Shown one piece after another: positions 28,004 to 37,411 of a stretch of DNA of 64,000 nt. The first letter of the stretch is position 1. The number at the start of each line of letters is the position of its first letter. The notes beneath the pieces are model-generated. The model worked only from the letters and a program-made list of their open reading frames with translations. It searched no databases and was not told where the DNA came from. This stretch comes from an uncultured Actinomycetes bacterium. GTDB lineage: Bacteria > Actinomycetota > Thermoleophilia > UBA2241. The stretch lies in assembly GCA_963767005.1 (NCBI GenBank), contig CAVYCN010000004.1, positions 448,001-512,000 of the forward strand, written 5' to 3'. The translations under genes and the position numbers were made by a program.

Positions 28004-31000
28004 TTACCGCACCGTCAGGCGCGACCGCAGGGTCTTGCTCTGCACGTTGCCGGCGCGGTCGGTGGCCCGCACGAAGAAGCGGTAGTGGCCGCTTGCCAGG
28101 CGCTTCTTCACCGTCCAGGTGATCGTCTTGTTGGTCTTGAACCAGTGCCGCAAGCGGTAGCGCGCCATCACCTTGCCGCGGGCGTTGGTCACGACGATCG
28201 TGACACGCGCGGCGCCGCAGCTCGGCTTGGCGTCGTAGATGCGGAAGCGCAGCCGCAGGCTGGCGCCGTGGCGCCCGGTCGAGGCCAGCGCCCTGGTCCA
28301 GGGCCGCGACGTGTCGATGTGCACCGTGGCAAGACCGACGTCGGAGACGTTGCCGGCGTCGTCGACCGCGCGGTAGAGCACCGCGGTCGCGCCCTTCTGC
28401 GCCACCGTGAGATCGCTGCGCGCCGTCCACGAGTTGCCGCCGTTCGTCGAGTACTCGATGCGGGCGATGCCCGAGGAGGGCGCGGGGTCACTAGCGGTGA
28501 AGGTCAGACTGAGCGGTGTCCGGCGCCAGGCCGTGCTGGCGCCATCGACGGCGGCCGTGGGCTGGCGTGTGTCGATCCCGACCACGGCGATGCGTGTCGG
28601 CTCGACCGTGTCGGCCTTGTCGATCGAGCGGTAGCAGAGCAGGTGGGCGCCGTCGTTCGAGTGGTCGGCGGGAGCGTCGATCGAGAGGCTCGTGCCGGGC
28701 GTCCAGGTCTGGCCGTCGTCGAGCGAGTACTCGGTGTGGTCGATGCCCGGGCCGGCCGGGTCCTCGTAGGCGTGCAGCGACAGATCGGCATCGGTGTTGC
28801 GCCACATGCCGTTGAGACCCAGGAGGGCGGTCTGCGGCGTGTAGGTAGGCGTGCCACCACCGCCGCCCGTGCCGGCGGTGAGGTAGACGATCACGGTGCG
28901 GTTCAGCTCGACATGGCCGAGCGCGTCGGTCGAGCAGTAGGTCACGGTGTGCTGGCCGTCGTTGCTGCCGTCGGTCAGCGGCCGTAACACGAGCTGCGTG
29001 CCCGTCTGCCAGTCGCCGCCGTCGACCGCGTACTGCGTCTCGGCGTCGCCGCCGGTCATGCCGCAGCCGAGGTCGTCGGGCAGGAAGGTGAGGGTCAGGT
29101 CGCCGCTCGCATCGTCACGTTGCACGTCGACGTTGGTGATCGGCGGCTGCGTGTCGATGCGCACGGTGCAGGTGCCCTGCGTGACGTTGCCGGCGTTGTC
29201 GGTCGCCTGATACTCGTAGGTGTAGACGCCGTCGTTCGAACCGTCGGCCGGAGCCGACACCGTGAACGAGCCGCTGCTCCCGTCGAGCCAGGTGGTCGTG
29301 CCGTTGAGCCGGTACTGGACGTCGTCGAGCTGAGAGCCGCCGCCGTCGGAGCTCGTCAGGGTGACCGTCACGTCGTGGTCGTGCCAGCCGGTGTCGCCGT
29401 CCGCGCTGCTCGTGATGGTCGGCACGGTGGTGTCGATCTTGACCGTGCAGCTACCGGTCGTCGAGGCGTTGCCGGCCACGTCGAACGCGCGGTACTGGTA
29501 AGTGTGCGAGCCGTCGTTGGAGCCGTTCGTGCCGGCCGGCACCGTGAACTGGTCGTCGCTCGCCGTCTGCCAGGTGGTGCCGCCGTCGGTCGAGTATTCG
29601 GTGTGGTCGACGCCCGAGCCGCCCGTGTCGGCCGGGTCCAGGGTGACCGTGACGTCGTGGTCGTGCCAGCTCGTGTCGCCGTCCGCGCTGCTCGTGATGG
29701 TCGGATCGGTCGTGTCGAAGTTGAGCGTGAAGCTGCCGGTCGCCGAGGCGTTGCCGGCGTTGTCGAGGGCGCGATAGTCGTAGACCACGGCGCCGTTGTT
29801 GCTGCCGGCCGGCGCCGTGAAGCTGTCGCCGGTGGCGTCGAGCCAGGTGCCCGAGCTGTGCAGCTTGTACTGCGTCTTCTGCACGCCCGAGCCGCCCGTG
29901 TCGGCCGCGCTCAGGGTGACCGCGACGTCCTGGTCGTGCCAGGCACTATCGCTGTCCTCGCTGCTGGTGATGGTCGGATCGGTCGTGTCGAAGTTGAGCG
30001 TGAAGCTGCCGACGCTCGAGTCGTTGCCGGCCTTGTCGACGGCCCGGTAATCGTAGGTCACGGTGCCGTTCGTGCTGCCCGCCGGCACGACCACCTGGTT
30101 GCCGCTCGCCGTCTGCCAGGTGGTGCCGCCGTCGGTCGAGTACTCGGTGTGGTCGATCCCCGAGCCGCCCGTGTCGGCCGGGTTCAGGGTGACCGTCACG
30201 TCGTGGCTGTGCCAGCTCGAGTCGCTGTCGGCGCTGCTCGTGACGGACGGGTCGGTAAGGTCGATATTGACGTAGCGCTGCTCGTGGGTCTCGACGTTGC
30301 CCGCCGCATCGACGGACCAGAACACGAGGGGATGCGACCCCTGGGTGCTCACCGGGATCGGACCTGTGTAGAGGGTCGGGCTGCTCGCGCCATCGAGCTC
30401 GTAGTACGTGGTGCAGCCGTCCGTGCTGTTGTCGCTGGGCGTCAGCGTCACGAGGACGCCTTGGTCCACCCAGCCACTGGTCGCCGTGGCCGCCGTGTTG
30501 CTCGCGGACGTGGTCGGGGCGGTCCCGTCGACGTAGAGACTCGTCGCGCCTCGAACGCTGCCGTAGTTGGTCGCGGTGATCGTCGCGGTGCCGTCGGTCG
30601 AGCCCGCCGTGAAGGTCGTGGTGGCATGTCCGCTGGCGTCGGTGAGCGCGCTCGTCGGGCTCACGGTCCCATCGGTCGCGCTGAAGGTGATCAGCTCGCC
30701 GGCGAGCGGGTTGCCCGAGCCATCGGTCGCCGTGGCCGTCACGGTCGTCGTCGCGCCCGGCTTGAGGTCGGAGGCCCCCGCCGTGGCGGTGACCGTGGTG
30801 GCGCCGATGACGTCGGCCTGAGTCGTGGCCGTGTTCGAGTCGAGGATGTACTTGTCGGCGTCGGTGCCGCTCAGAGCCAGGCCCTGGACCGTCACGGTCT
30901 TGCCGGTGCCGGGCGCGGCCGTGTCGAACGTGGCCGTCGCGCCCGAGGTGTTCAGGGTGACGTCGTCGCTGCCCTGTACGCCGGCCACGGAGCTGCCGGT

Positions 31001-31816
31001 GATGGTCGCCGCGGTCGTGCCGTCGTACGGCTTGTTGGCGACCGTGACGGTCGGCGTGAGGGGCTGGAACGAGCCGAAGTGGTCGACGTAGACGTAGCCC
31101 CAGTGACCGCCCTGGCTGCAGCCGGCAGCCGTGACGTCGAGCTCGATCGAGTCACCGACCGAGATGGTCCCGGGGGCCAGGTCGATCGTCTGCCAGTTGG
31201 TGTACTGAACGGGCGTGGGGCTGGTCTGGTAGGTGTTCCAGATCGAGCCCGAGCCGGAGAAGATGAACGACGAGTAGAGGTCGGTGCTCGTCGTCGTGTC
31301 GCGCACGTGGACGTAGACGTATGGCTGCTCGTTAGCCGGGTGGCTGGGGTTCTGCACCACCGCCGCCCAGGCGAACTGGACGTGCACCTTGCCGTCGGCC
31401 TTGATGTCACTCGATCCCACCGTCGCGGTCTGCGTGAGCGTGTTGCCGTTGTTGCTGGCGCCCTGGTAGTTGACGACGGCGCAGTACTGGCCGGACAAGG
31501 GGAAGTGCAGGACGCCGCCCGTGTTGGCGTCGGTCTGGCTCATCTCGGCGTACGGCCCGCGGATGTACGTGTAGTTGTAGCCGCCCGCGTTCTTCTGGAT
31601 GCTCGCGCCCGTGAACGGCTGCGAGCCGCTCAAGCCGGGGTTGAGGAAGGTGGTGGTGGTCCAGCCGGTGAAGTCACCGTTCTCGAAGCCGCCGTTGGTG
31701 AACAGCGCGAAGGCGCTGCTCGGGAAGAACAGCAGCAGGCACAACGCAAGCAGCGCGAGCGGTAAGGCCCTGGCCGCAAGACGTGTCGACCTGCACGTCC
31801 TCGATGGTGACTGCAT
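28004..31816 (-). CDS. Large secreted multi-Ig-like surface protein (YDG, Big_1, OmpL47-like repeats)
   Basis: Signal peptide; NKPYDGTT; repeated DTTxPxITSS...GGSG..TEYS.DGG...YRA.D.AGN; basic C-terminal domain. Confidence 0.85.
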   Translation of the reverse strand: MQSPSRTCRSTRLAARALPLALLALCLLLFFPSSAFALFTNGGFENGDFTGWTTTTFLNPGLSGSQPFTGASIQKNAGGYNYTYIRGPYAEMSQTDANTGGVLHFPLSGQYCAVVNYQGASNNGNTLTQTATVGSSDIKADGKVHVQFAWAAVVQNPSHPANEQPYVYVHVRDTTTSTDLYSSFIFSGSGSIWNTYQTSPTPVQYTNWQTIDLAPGTISVGDSIELDVTAAGCSQGGHWGYVYVDHFGSFQPLTPTVTVANKPYDGTTAATITGSSVAGVQGSDDVTLNTSGATATFDTAAPGTGKTVTVQGLALSGTDADKYILDSNTATTQADVIGATTVTATAGASDLKPGATTTVTATATDGSGNPLAGELITFSATDGTVSPTSALTDASGHATTTFTAGSTDGTATITATNYGSVRGATSLYVDGTAPTTSASNTAATATSGWVDQGVLVTLTPSDNSTDGCTTYYELDGASSPTLYTGPIPVSTQGSHPLVFWSVDAAGNVETHEQRYVNIDLTDPSVTSSADSDSSWHSHDVTVTLNPADTGGSGIDHTEYSTDGGTTWQTASGNQVVVPAGSTNGTVTYDYRAVDKAGNDSSVGSFTLNFDTTDPTITSSEDSDSAWHDQDVAVTLSAADTGGSGVQKTQYKLHSSGTWLDATGDSFTAPAGSNNGAVVYDYRALDNAGNASATGSFTLNFDTTDPTITSSADGDTSWHDHDVTVTLDPADTGGSGVDHTEYSTDGGTTWQTASDDQFTVPAGTNGSNDGSHTYQYRAFDVAGNASTTGSCTVKIDTTVPTITSSADGDTGWHDHDVTVTLTSSDGGGSQLDDVQYRLNGTTTWLDGSSGSFTVSAPADGSNDGVYTYEYQATDNAGNVTQGTCTVRIDTQPPITNVDVQRDDASGDLTLTFLPDDLGCGMTGGDAETQYAVDGGDWQTGTQLVLRPLTDGSNDGQHTVTYCSTDALGHVELNRTVIVYLTAGTGGGGGTPTYTPQTALLGLNGMWRNTDADLSLHAYEDPAGPGIDHTEYSLDDGQTWTPGTSLSIDAPADHSNDGAHLLCYRSIDKADTVEPTRIAVVGIDTRQPTAAVDGASTAWRRTPLSLTFTASDPAPSSGIARIEYSTNGGNSWTARSDLTVAQKGATAVLYRAVDDAGNVSDVGLATVHIDTSRPWTRALASTGRHGASLRLRFRIYDAKPSCGAARVTIVVTNARGKVMARYRLRHWFKTNKTITWTVKKRLASGHYRFFVRATDRAGNVQSKTLRSRLTVR
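29150..30270 (-). repeat. Intragenic ~91-95 aa tandem repeats (about 4 closely similar copies)
   Basis: Near-identical DNA blocks encoding SSADGD.SWHDHDVTVTL.PADTGGSG; boundaries approximate. Confidence 0.8.
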
Positions 31817-32017
31817 GATGATCCCTCCCTGTCGCGACGGCGGCGCCCAGCCGCCTTGGTGCCTGGGATGCGTGGGCCGCGCCGCCATGCTCCCTCGAGC
31901 GCTGCGCGCATCGTGCGCGCCAGCCCATCCCCAGCCGTCACTTCTGGCTGGGAGCCCGCAATCCCTTTACGACGGCTATCGACCGGGGCGGTTCCCGACG
32001 TCGATAGGGAAGCCGGC

Positions 32018-33598
32018 CTATTCTTGCCCGGCGGGCGCGGGTGTGGTCAGGCCGGCGGGTGCGTCCTGGTCGGGTGAGGCCGTCCGCACGGCGCTGTGCC
32101 GGTTCCGGCCGAGTCCCGGCATGAAGGCCAGCGCCAGCGCCACGCCCAGAAGGGCGAAGACGGCCGACGCCAGCAACGAGGCATCGACCCCGGCGACGAA
32201 GGCGTGGCGCACGGAATGCGCGAGCGCCGGCGCCTTGAGCTCGTCGGCGACGGCCAGGCCGGCGAAGACGCTGCCGCGCACGGCGTCGGCGGCCGGGCCG
32301 GGCACGCCGGTCAGGTCGAGGTGGCCGCGGTAGACGGAGCTCAGCACGCTGCCCAGCACGGCGACGCCGAACGGCGCGCCGACGTTCTTGAGCGCCTGGA
32401 GCACGCCCGAGCCGATGCCGGCTCGGTCGGCCGACAGCTCCGACAAGGCCGCCGACGCTGTGGTCAGCAGCGTGATGCCGACGCCGGCCCCGGCGATTGC
32501 CATCCAGAGCGCGACGAAGCCGTCGTGCGAGCCCAGGGATGTGCGGCTGCCGAGGCCGAGGCCACAGGCCAGTACCACGAAGCCGGTGGCGGCGGTGAGC
32601 TTGGCGCCGACGCGACGCGTCAGGCGGGCGGCCGGCACGGCGCCGACGAGCAGGCCGGCCACGAGGCTCAGCAGGCGCAGGCCGGAGCCCTGTGCCGTGA
32701 GGCCGAGGACGGCCCGGAAGTACTGCGGCATGGTGAACATGATGCCGATCATGGCCAGCGTCATGATGGTCATGAGGATCACGCCCCAGGTGAACGACGC
32801 CGACGAGAAGAGCGCCGGGTCGACGAGCGGCTGACCGCCGGGGCGGGTCGCGAGCCGGCGCTCCCAAACGAAGAAGCCGGCGAGCACGACCAGGCCGGCG
32901 GCGATGGCAACGAGGGCCGTGAGGTCACTCCAGCCGGCCTGGCCGGCCTCGATCAGCCCATAGGTCACGACGGCCAGGCCGCCGCTCGACGTGAGCACGC
33001 CCAGCCAGTCGATGCCGGGGCGCGTCTGCGCGCGCGTCTCGGGGACGAGGGCGACCACGGCGCAAGAGCCGACGGCGGCGACCGGCACGTTCAGCAGGAA
33101 CACCCAGCCCCACCAGAAATGCGTGAGCAGCCAGCCACCGAGGATCGGGCCGATGGGGAAAGCGAGGAAGTTGGCGGCGCCCCAGACGGCGACCGCGCGG
33201 GGGCGCTCCTCCTCGCTGAAGAGGACGGCGAGCGCCGAGATGGCCATGACGATGACACCGGCGCCGGCGAGGCCCAGGGCGAGGCGCGCGATCAGGAACT
33301 CCGTGGCGGTGCGCGACTCGGCACAGGCGAGCGAGCCGACGGCGAAGAGGGCCAGCGAAACGAGCAGCACCTTCTTGCGGCCGTACCGGTCGCCGAGGAG
33401 ACCGGCCGGCAGCATGGCGGCGGCGAGCACCAGGGCATAGCCGGAGGAGAACCACTGCAGGTCGGACTCGGTCGCCTTGAGCGCAGCGGCGAGCGTCGGC
33501 AGGGCGAGGCTGAGGACGGTCACGTCGAGACCGACGGCGAGGACCGCGAGGGTGATCGCGCCGAGGGCCCACCAGCGACGGGCACCAAGGAATGACAT
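32018..33598 (-). CDS. MFS DHA2 (EmrB/QacA) efflux pump
   Basis: LDVTVLSLALP, GLLGDRYGRKK, GPILGG, WVFLLNVP. Confidence 0.93.
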   Translation of the reverse strand: MSFLGARRWWALGAITLAVLAVGLDVTVLSLALPTLAAALKATESDLQWFSSGYALVLAAAMLPAGLLGDRYGRKKVLLVSLALFAVGSLACAESRTATEFLIARLALGLAGAGVIVMAISALAVLFSEEERPRAVAVWGAANFLAFPIGPILGGWLLTHFWWGWVFLLNVPVAAVGSCAVVALVPETRAQTRPGIDWLGVLTSSGGLAVVTYGLIEAGQAGWSDLTALVAIAAGLVVLAGFFVWERRLATRPGGQPLVDPALFSSASFTWGVILMTIMTLAMIGIMFTMPQYFRAVLGLTAQGSGLRLLSLVAGLLVGAVPAARLTRRVGAKLTAATGFVVLACGLGLGSRTSLGSHDGFVALWMAIAGAGVGITLLTTASAALSELSADRAGIGSGVLQALKNVGAPFGVAVLGSVLSSVYRGHLDLTGVPGPAADAVRGSVFAGLAVADELKAPALAHSVRHAFVAGVDASLLASAVFALLGVALALAFMPGLGRNRHSAVRTASPDQDAPAGLTTPAPAGQE

Positions 33599-33660
33599 AG
33601 CAGCTACCTCCTTTCGGCATCGTCTAAGTTATGACAGTGTCTACCGAAAGAGGTTGGCTG

Positions 33661-35049
33661 TCAATCCGTGTTGGTCTTCCTCGCGCGCGTCGCTTTGCGG
33701 GACTGGGCGGGACCGTCGTCGGCGCAGACCAGGTTCTTGCCGCGCTTCTTGGCCTCGTACATGCGCCGATCGGCGACCCGGACGAGTTTCTCGGCGGCGT
33801 CGGCGTCGCATCCCAGGTTCGCCACGCCGACCGACGCGGTCACGCTGCGCCGGATACGGCTGTCGGCGAACGTGGAGCAGAGGTCCTCGACCGTCGAGCG
33901 GATACGTTCCGCCAGCCTGACCGCGTCGTCGAACCCGCAGCTCACCACCACCACGAACTCCTCGCCGCCGTACCTGGCCGCCACGTCTTCGCCGCGCAGC
34001 GCCGTCTTGATCGCCTCACCGACCTTGCGCAGCACGTAGTCGCCCTCCTGGTGGCCGAAGGCGTCGTTGTAGGCCTTGAAGTCGTCGATGTCGAGGAACA
34101 GCAGCGACAGCTCCTCGCAGCGGCCTGCCCTCGCGTGCCGCACCTGCGTGAGCAGGTAGCTCCTCAGGAATGCGTGGTTGTAGAGGGTGGTCATCTCGTC
34201 GACGATCGAGCGCCGCTCGAGCTCGCGGTCGCGGGTGAGGTCGCGCATGATGCCGCGGATCACCCGGCCGTCGGCGGGCCCCCCGTGCTCCATGCTCGCG
34301 TTGATCGAGGTGATCACGATCGTGCCGTCGGGTCGCCTGAACGAGACCTCGTGGTCGACCACGCGACCCCGCGTCTTCAGGGCGTCGATGAACGGCCCCC
34401 AATCCGAGTCGATCACGCTGAGATCGTCGAGGAGGTTGAGGCGGAGCATCTCGTCGCGCGAGCGGATCTGCAGAAGCTCGAGGCCGGCCGGGTTCAGGTC
34501 CTGCAGAAGGCCGTCGGGCGACATGACAAAGACGGCGTCCTCGAGCTGGTCGAACAGACGCCGGTACCTGGTCTCGCTCGCTTCGAGCGCCACCCGGGCT
34601 TCCTTCTGCGCGGTGATGTCGCGCGTGGTGTGGAAGTAGAGGTCGAGGCCCTCCGCCGTCTTCGCCCCCGTCGGGTACGCCGTCGTGAGCAGCCAGCGGC
34701 CGTGCTCCTCCGCGAAGAACTCCTTCTCGGTCGGACCGCCCTTGATGGCGTCCTCGACCGGGCAGCCGGGGTAGTTGTGGCTCAGCCCGTGCACGAACTT
34801 GGGGCAGTACTTGCCCTCGAGCTCCTGGAGCGTGACCCCATGCATCTGACGGAAGGCGAGATTGGCAAACTGGATCGTGTGGCGGGTATCGATGAGCAGC
34901 ACGTAGAACGGCAGGGCGTCGAGGATCTTCTCGAACTGCGCGCTGATCACCCGGCTCTGCCCGGTGCGCTCCGACGGCGCGCCGCTCAGGTCGAGCAGAT
35001 CGACGTCGCCGTCCAGGAAGTAGTCTTCGTGGCGCTCCAGCCGCCCCAT
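33661..35049 (-). CDS. PAS-PAS diguanylate cyclase
   Basis: DIDDFKAYNDAFGHQEGD, RYGGEEF, ADRRMYEAK. Confidence 0.92.
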   Translation of the reverse strand: MGRLERHEDYFLDGDVDLLDLSGAPSERTGQSRVISAQFEKILDALPFYVLLIDTRHTIQFANLAFRQMHGVTLQELEGKYCPKFVHGLSHNYPGCPVEDAIKGGPTEKEFFAEEHGRWLLTTAYPTGAKTAEGLDLYFHTTRDITAQKEARVALEASETRYRRLFDQLEDAVFVMSPDGLLQDLNPAGLELLQIRSRDEMLRLNLLDDLSVIDSDWGPFIDALKTRGRVVDHEVSFRRPDGTIVITSINASMEHGGPADGRVIRGIMRDLTRDRELERRSIVDEMTTLYNHAFLRSYLLTQVRHARAGRCEELSLLFLDIDDFKAYNDAFGHQEGDYVLRKVGEAIKTALRGEDVAARYGGEEFVVVVSCGFDDAVRLAERIRSTVEDLCSTFADSRIRRSVTASVGVANLGCDADAAEKLVRVADRRMYEAKKRGKNLVCADDGPAQSRKATRARKTNTD

Positions 35050-35150
35050 CGTCGCTCCGTCCGTGTCTTGGTACGGCAATTGTCGGAACAGACGATGCGA
35101 TCCTTGACCTGCGCGCCTGTCGAACCACCATGCGCGCCGTCGTCTCCTGC

Positions 35151-36569
35151 CTACTTCACCTCGGTCGGCACGTCCTTGTCGACCCAGTTGCCGATCCCCA
35201 GCGAGCCGAACAAGCCGTCGCCCCAGGCCCACAGCGTGCCGTCGCTCCTGATCGCCAGGGTCTGCTCGAGACCGCACGAGACCGACTTCCAGGTCGTGGC
35301 GCCGCCGACCTGGGCAGGCGTCTCGGCCTCGCTCGCCGTGCCGAGCCCCAGCTCGCCCGCGGAGGCGGACCCCCAGGCCCACAGCGTGCCGTCGGCGCGC
35401 ACGCCCAGGGTGAAGTTGTAGCCGCACGAGCTCGCCGTCCAGGTGCCGGCGCTGCCTATCTGGGTCAGCGTGTGGGGGTCGCTGGCGTCGTTGCCCAGGC
35501 CGAGCTGGTACTCGTCGTTGTGGCCGCAGCCCCACAGCGTGCCGTCGCTGCGCACCGCCGTCGTGTACCAGTCGGTGCCCGACGTCGAGACACCCTTCCA
35601 GGTCTGCCCTGTGGCGATGGCCGTGAAGGTGTCGACTTCGTCGGTCGCGCCGAGCCCGAGCTCGCCGTCCATGTTGTCACCGGCGCCCCAGAGGCTCCCG
35701 TCCGTCTGGAGCGCCATGGTGTAGCCGTAACCGCACGAGACCGCGGCCCAGGCGGCGTCCGTGCCGATCTGGGTCGGGCTGTCCTTCAGCGAGGTGCCGC
35801 CCAGGCCGAGCTCGCCGTCGGAGTCGCCGCCCCAGCCCCACAGCGTGCCGTCGCTGCGCACGGCCACCGTGTCGTCGTAGCCGCACGAGACCGCCTGCCA
35901 GGTGGTGCCGGGCTCGACCTCGGTCGGGCTGTCCTTCTGGGTCTCGTCGCCCAGGCCGAGCTCGCCGGTGTCGTTGTCGCCCCAGGCCCACAGGGTGCCG
36001 TCCGACCTGATGGCCACGGTGAAGTCGTAGCCGCACGAGACCGCCTGCCAGGTGGTGCCGGCGTCGACCTCGGCAGGGCTGTCGCGGTCGGCCGTGATCG
36101 CGCCGAGGCCGAGCTGGCCCCGGTCATGGTCGCCCCAGGCCCACAAGCTGCCGTCGCTGCGCAGCGCGACGGTGTGCGCCCAGCCGCAGGCGACGTGCGT
36201 CCAGGTGCGCACGTACAGCTTGACCCCCTTGCTCGTCACTTTGGTCGACCCCACGCGGTACTCGGCTTCGAGGCGCCACGTGCCGGCGCCGAGCGTCACG
36301 GACACGCTGAAGCGGTGCGACGACGACAGCTTGGCGGTCGTCAGCTTGCGCCACGAGCCGCCGACGTTCTTGAGGATCACGACGGACTTCGACCTGGAGC
36401 TCGCATGAGAGACGCTGCCCGACAGGTGGATCGAGCCGCCGATCGCCACGGTGTGCGGGCTGGCGGTGAGGCTGACGTGGGGGCGCGTTGTGGCGAGGGC
36501 TGCCGTGGGAAGAGCGAGCCACGACGCCGCGACGGCGAGGATGGCGAGCGCGATGTAGCGGTGTCTCAT
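35151..36569 (-). CDS. Secreted RCC1-repeat protein
   Basis: Signal peptide; seven VSCG..T.A.RSDGTLWAWG....G.LG.G repeats. Confidence 0.92.
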   Translation of the reverse strand: MRHRYIALAILAVAASWLALPTAALATTRPHVSLTASPHTVAIGGSIHLSGSVSHASSRSKSVVILKNVGGSWRKLTTAKLSSSHRFSVSVTLGAGTWRLEAEYRVGSTKVTSKGVKLYVRTWTHVACGWAHTVALRSDGSLWAWGDHDRGQLGLGAITADRDSPAEVDAGTTWQAVSCGYDFTVAIRSDGTLWAWGDNDTGELGLGDETQKDSPTEVEPGTTWQAVSCGYDDTVAVRSDGTLWGWGGDSDGELGLGGTSLKDSPTQIGTDAAWAAVSCGYGYTMALQTDGSLWGAGDNMDGELGLGATDEVDTFTAIATGQTWKGVSTSGTDWYTTAVRSDGTLWGCGHNDEYQLGLGNDASDPHTLTQIGSAGTWTASSCGYNFTLGVRADGTLWAWGSASAGELGLGTASEAETPAQVGGATTWKSVSCGLEQTLAIRSDGTLWAWGDGLFGSLGIGNWVDKDVPTEVK

Positions 36570-36588
36570 GTCGGTCTCCTCGAGTCGG

Positions 36589-37170
36589 TCACATACGGGG
36601 CAGGGCGTCGGTCGCGAGCCGCTTCTCGGCGCCCAGCACGTTCTTCACGCCGATCACGGCGATTCTCAGGTACTCGTCGCCCTCGAGCACGCTGAGCGAC
36701 GCGTAGCCGTCCCAGTAGGCCTTGTCGCCGAGGCCGCCGATCGCCTGCGCCTTCACCTTGCCGCGGTAGTCCTGGAAGAACTTGAGCGCGTCGGGGCCGG
36801 TGACCAGGACGACCCGGACGCTGTCGTTGACCGGCACGTCGGCGCTTGCGCCCGAGGGCGCATGGGGTCCGTAGAAGACGGCGGCGACGCCGCCTTCGAC
36901 GGTCGCGTGGCCGAGGACCGGTGGCTTGACCGTCTGGCCCAGCGCGGCACCCGCCTCGGCGCGTGTGACGACGGTCATCGACGTCGCAAGAGCCTTGGTC
37001 GGGCTGCTTGAGGCCGTGGGTGTGGCGCCGCCGGAACCGCTCGGCGCCGGTGTGGTCGACGTACCTCCGGCGCTCGAGGACCCGGAACCGCAGGCCGCGA
37101 AGGCGCAGGCGGCGACGGCGCAGGCCGCCAGCGCGGCGACGGCACGGTGGATGGGTGAGACGTGGCGCAT
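36589..37170 (-). CDS. Hypothetical lipoprotein
   Basis: FAAC lipobox, Ser/Thr linker, GLGDKAYW. Confidence 0.75.
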   Translation of the reverse strand: MRHVSPIHRAVAALAACAVAACAFAACGSGSSSAGGTSTTPAPSGSGGATPTASSSPTKALATSMTVVTRAEAGAALGQTVKPPVLGHATVEGGVAAVFYGPHAPSGASADVPVNDSVRVVLVTGPDALKFFQDYRGKVKAQAIGGLGDKAYWDGYASLSVLEGDEYLRIAVIGVKNVLGAEKRLATDALPRM

Positions 37171-37411
37171 GGGCACTCCTGCATCGGGGCCGGTCCGCGG
37201 GCCATACTACACCGCTAAGAATCGTGGCGGCGAGCGAGGCGATGCGGCCCCGGGTCCCACTCGCCGCGCCGTGTCTTGCCTTGGCGGGAGTCAGGTGCGG
37301 TCCACGGCGGTGTGCGAGCGTGTCGCACACGGGCACAAAGGAAGGCGTGGAGGCGTCGACGGCGAACCCCGGAGCAGTCCACGCGGTCGATCTGAGACGG
37401 CAGGTGCATCC

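Noticed and set aside
29120-31765. Long antisense ORFs (also 2107-3957, 47499-49718, 50320-52842)
   Set aside because: Shadow frames of high-GC genes on the opposite strand.
35050-35535. N-terminal extension of the diguanylate cyclase ORF
   Set aside because: Overlaps the RCC1 gene in another frame; the start at 35049 is more plausible.
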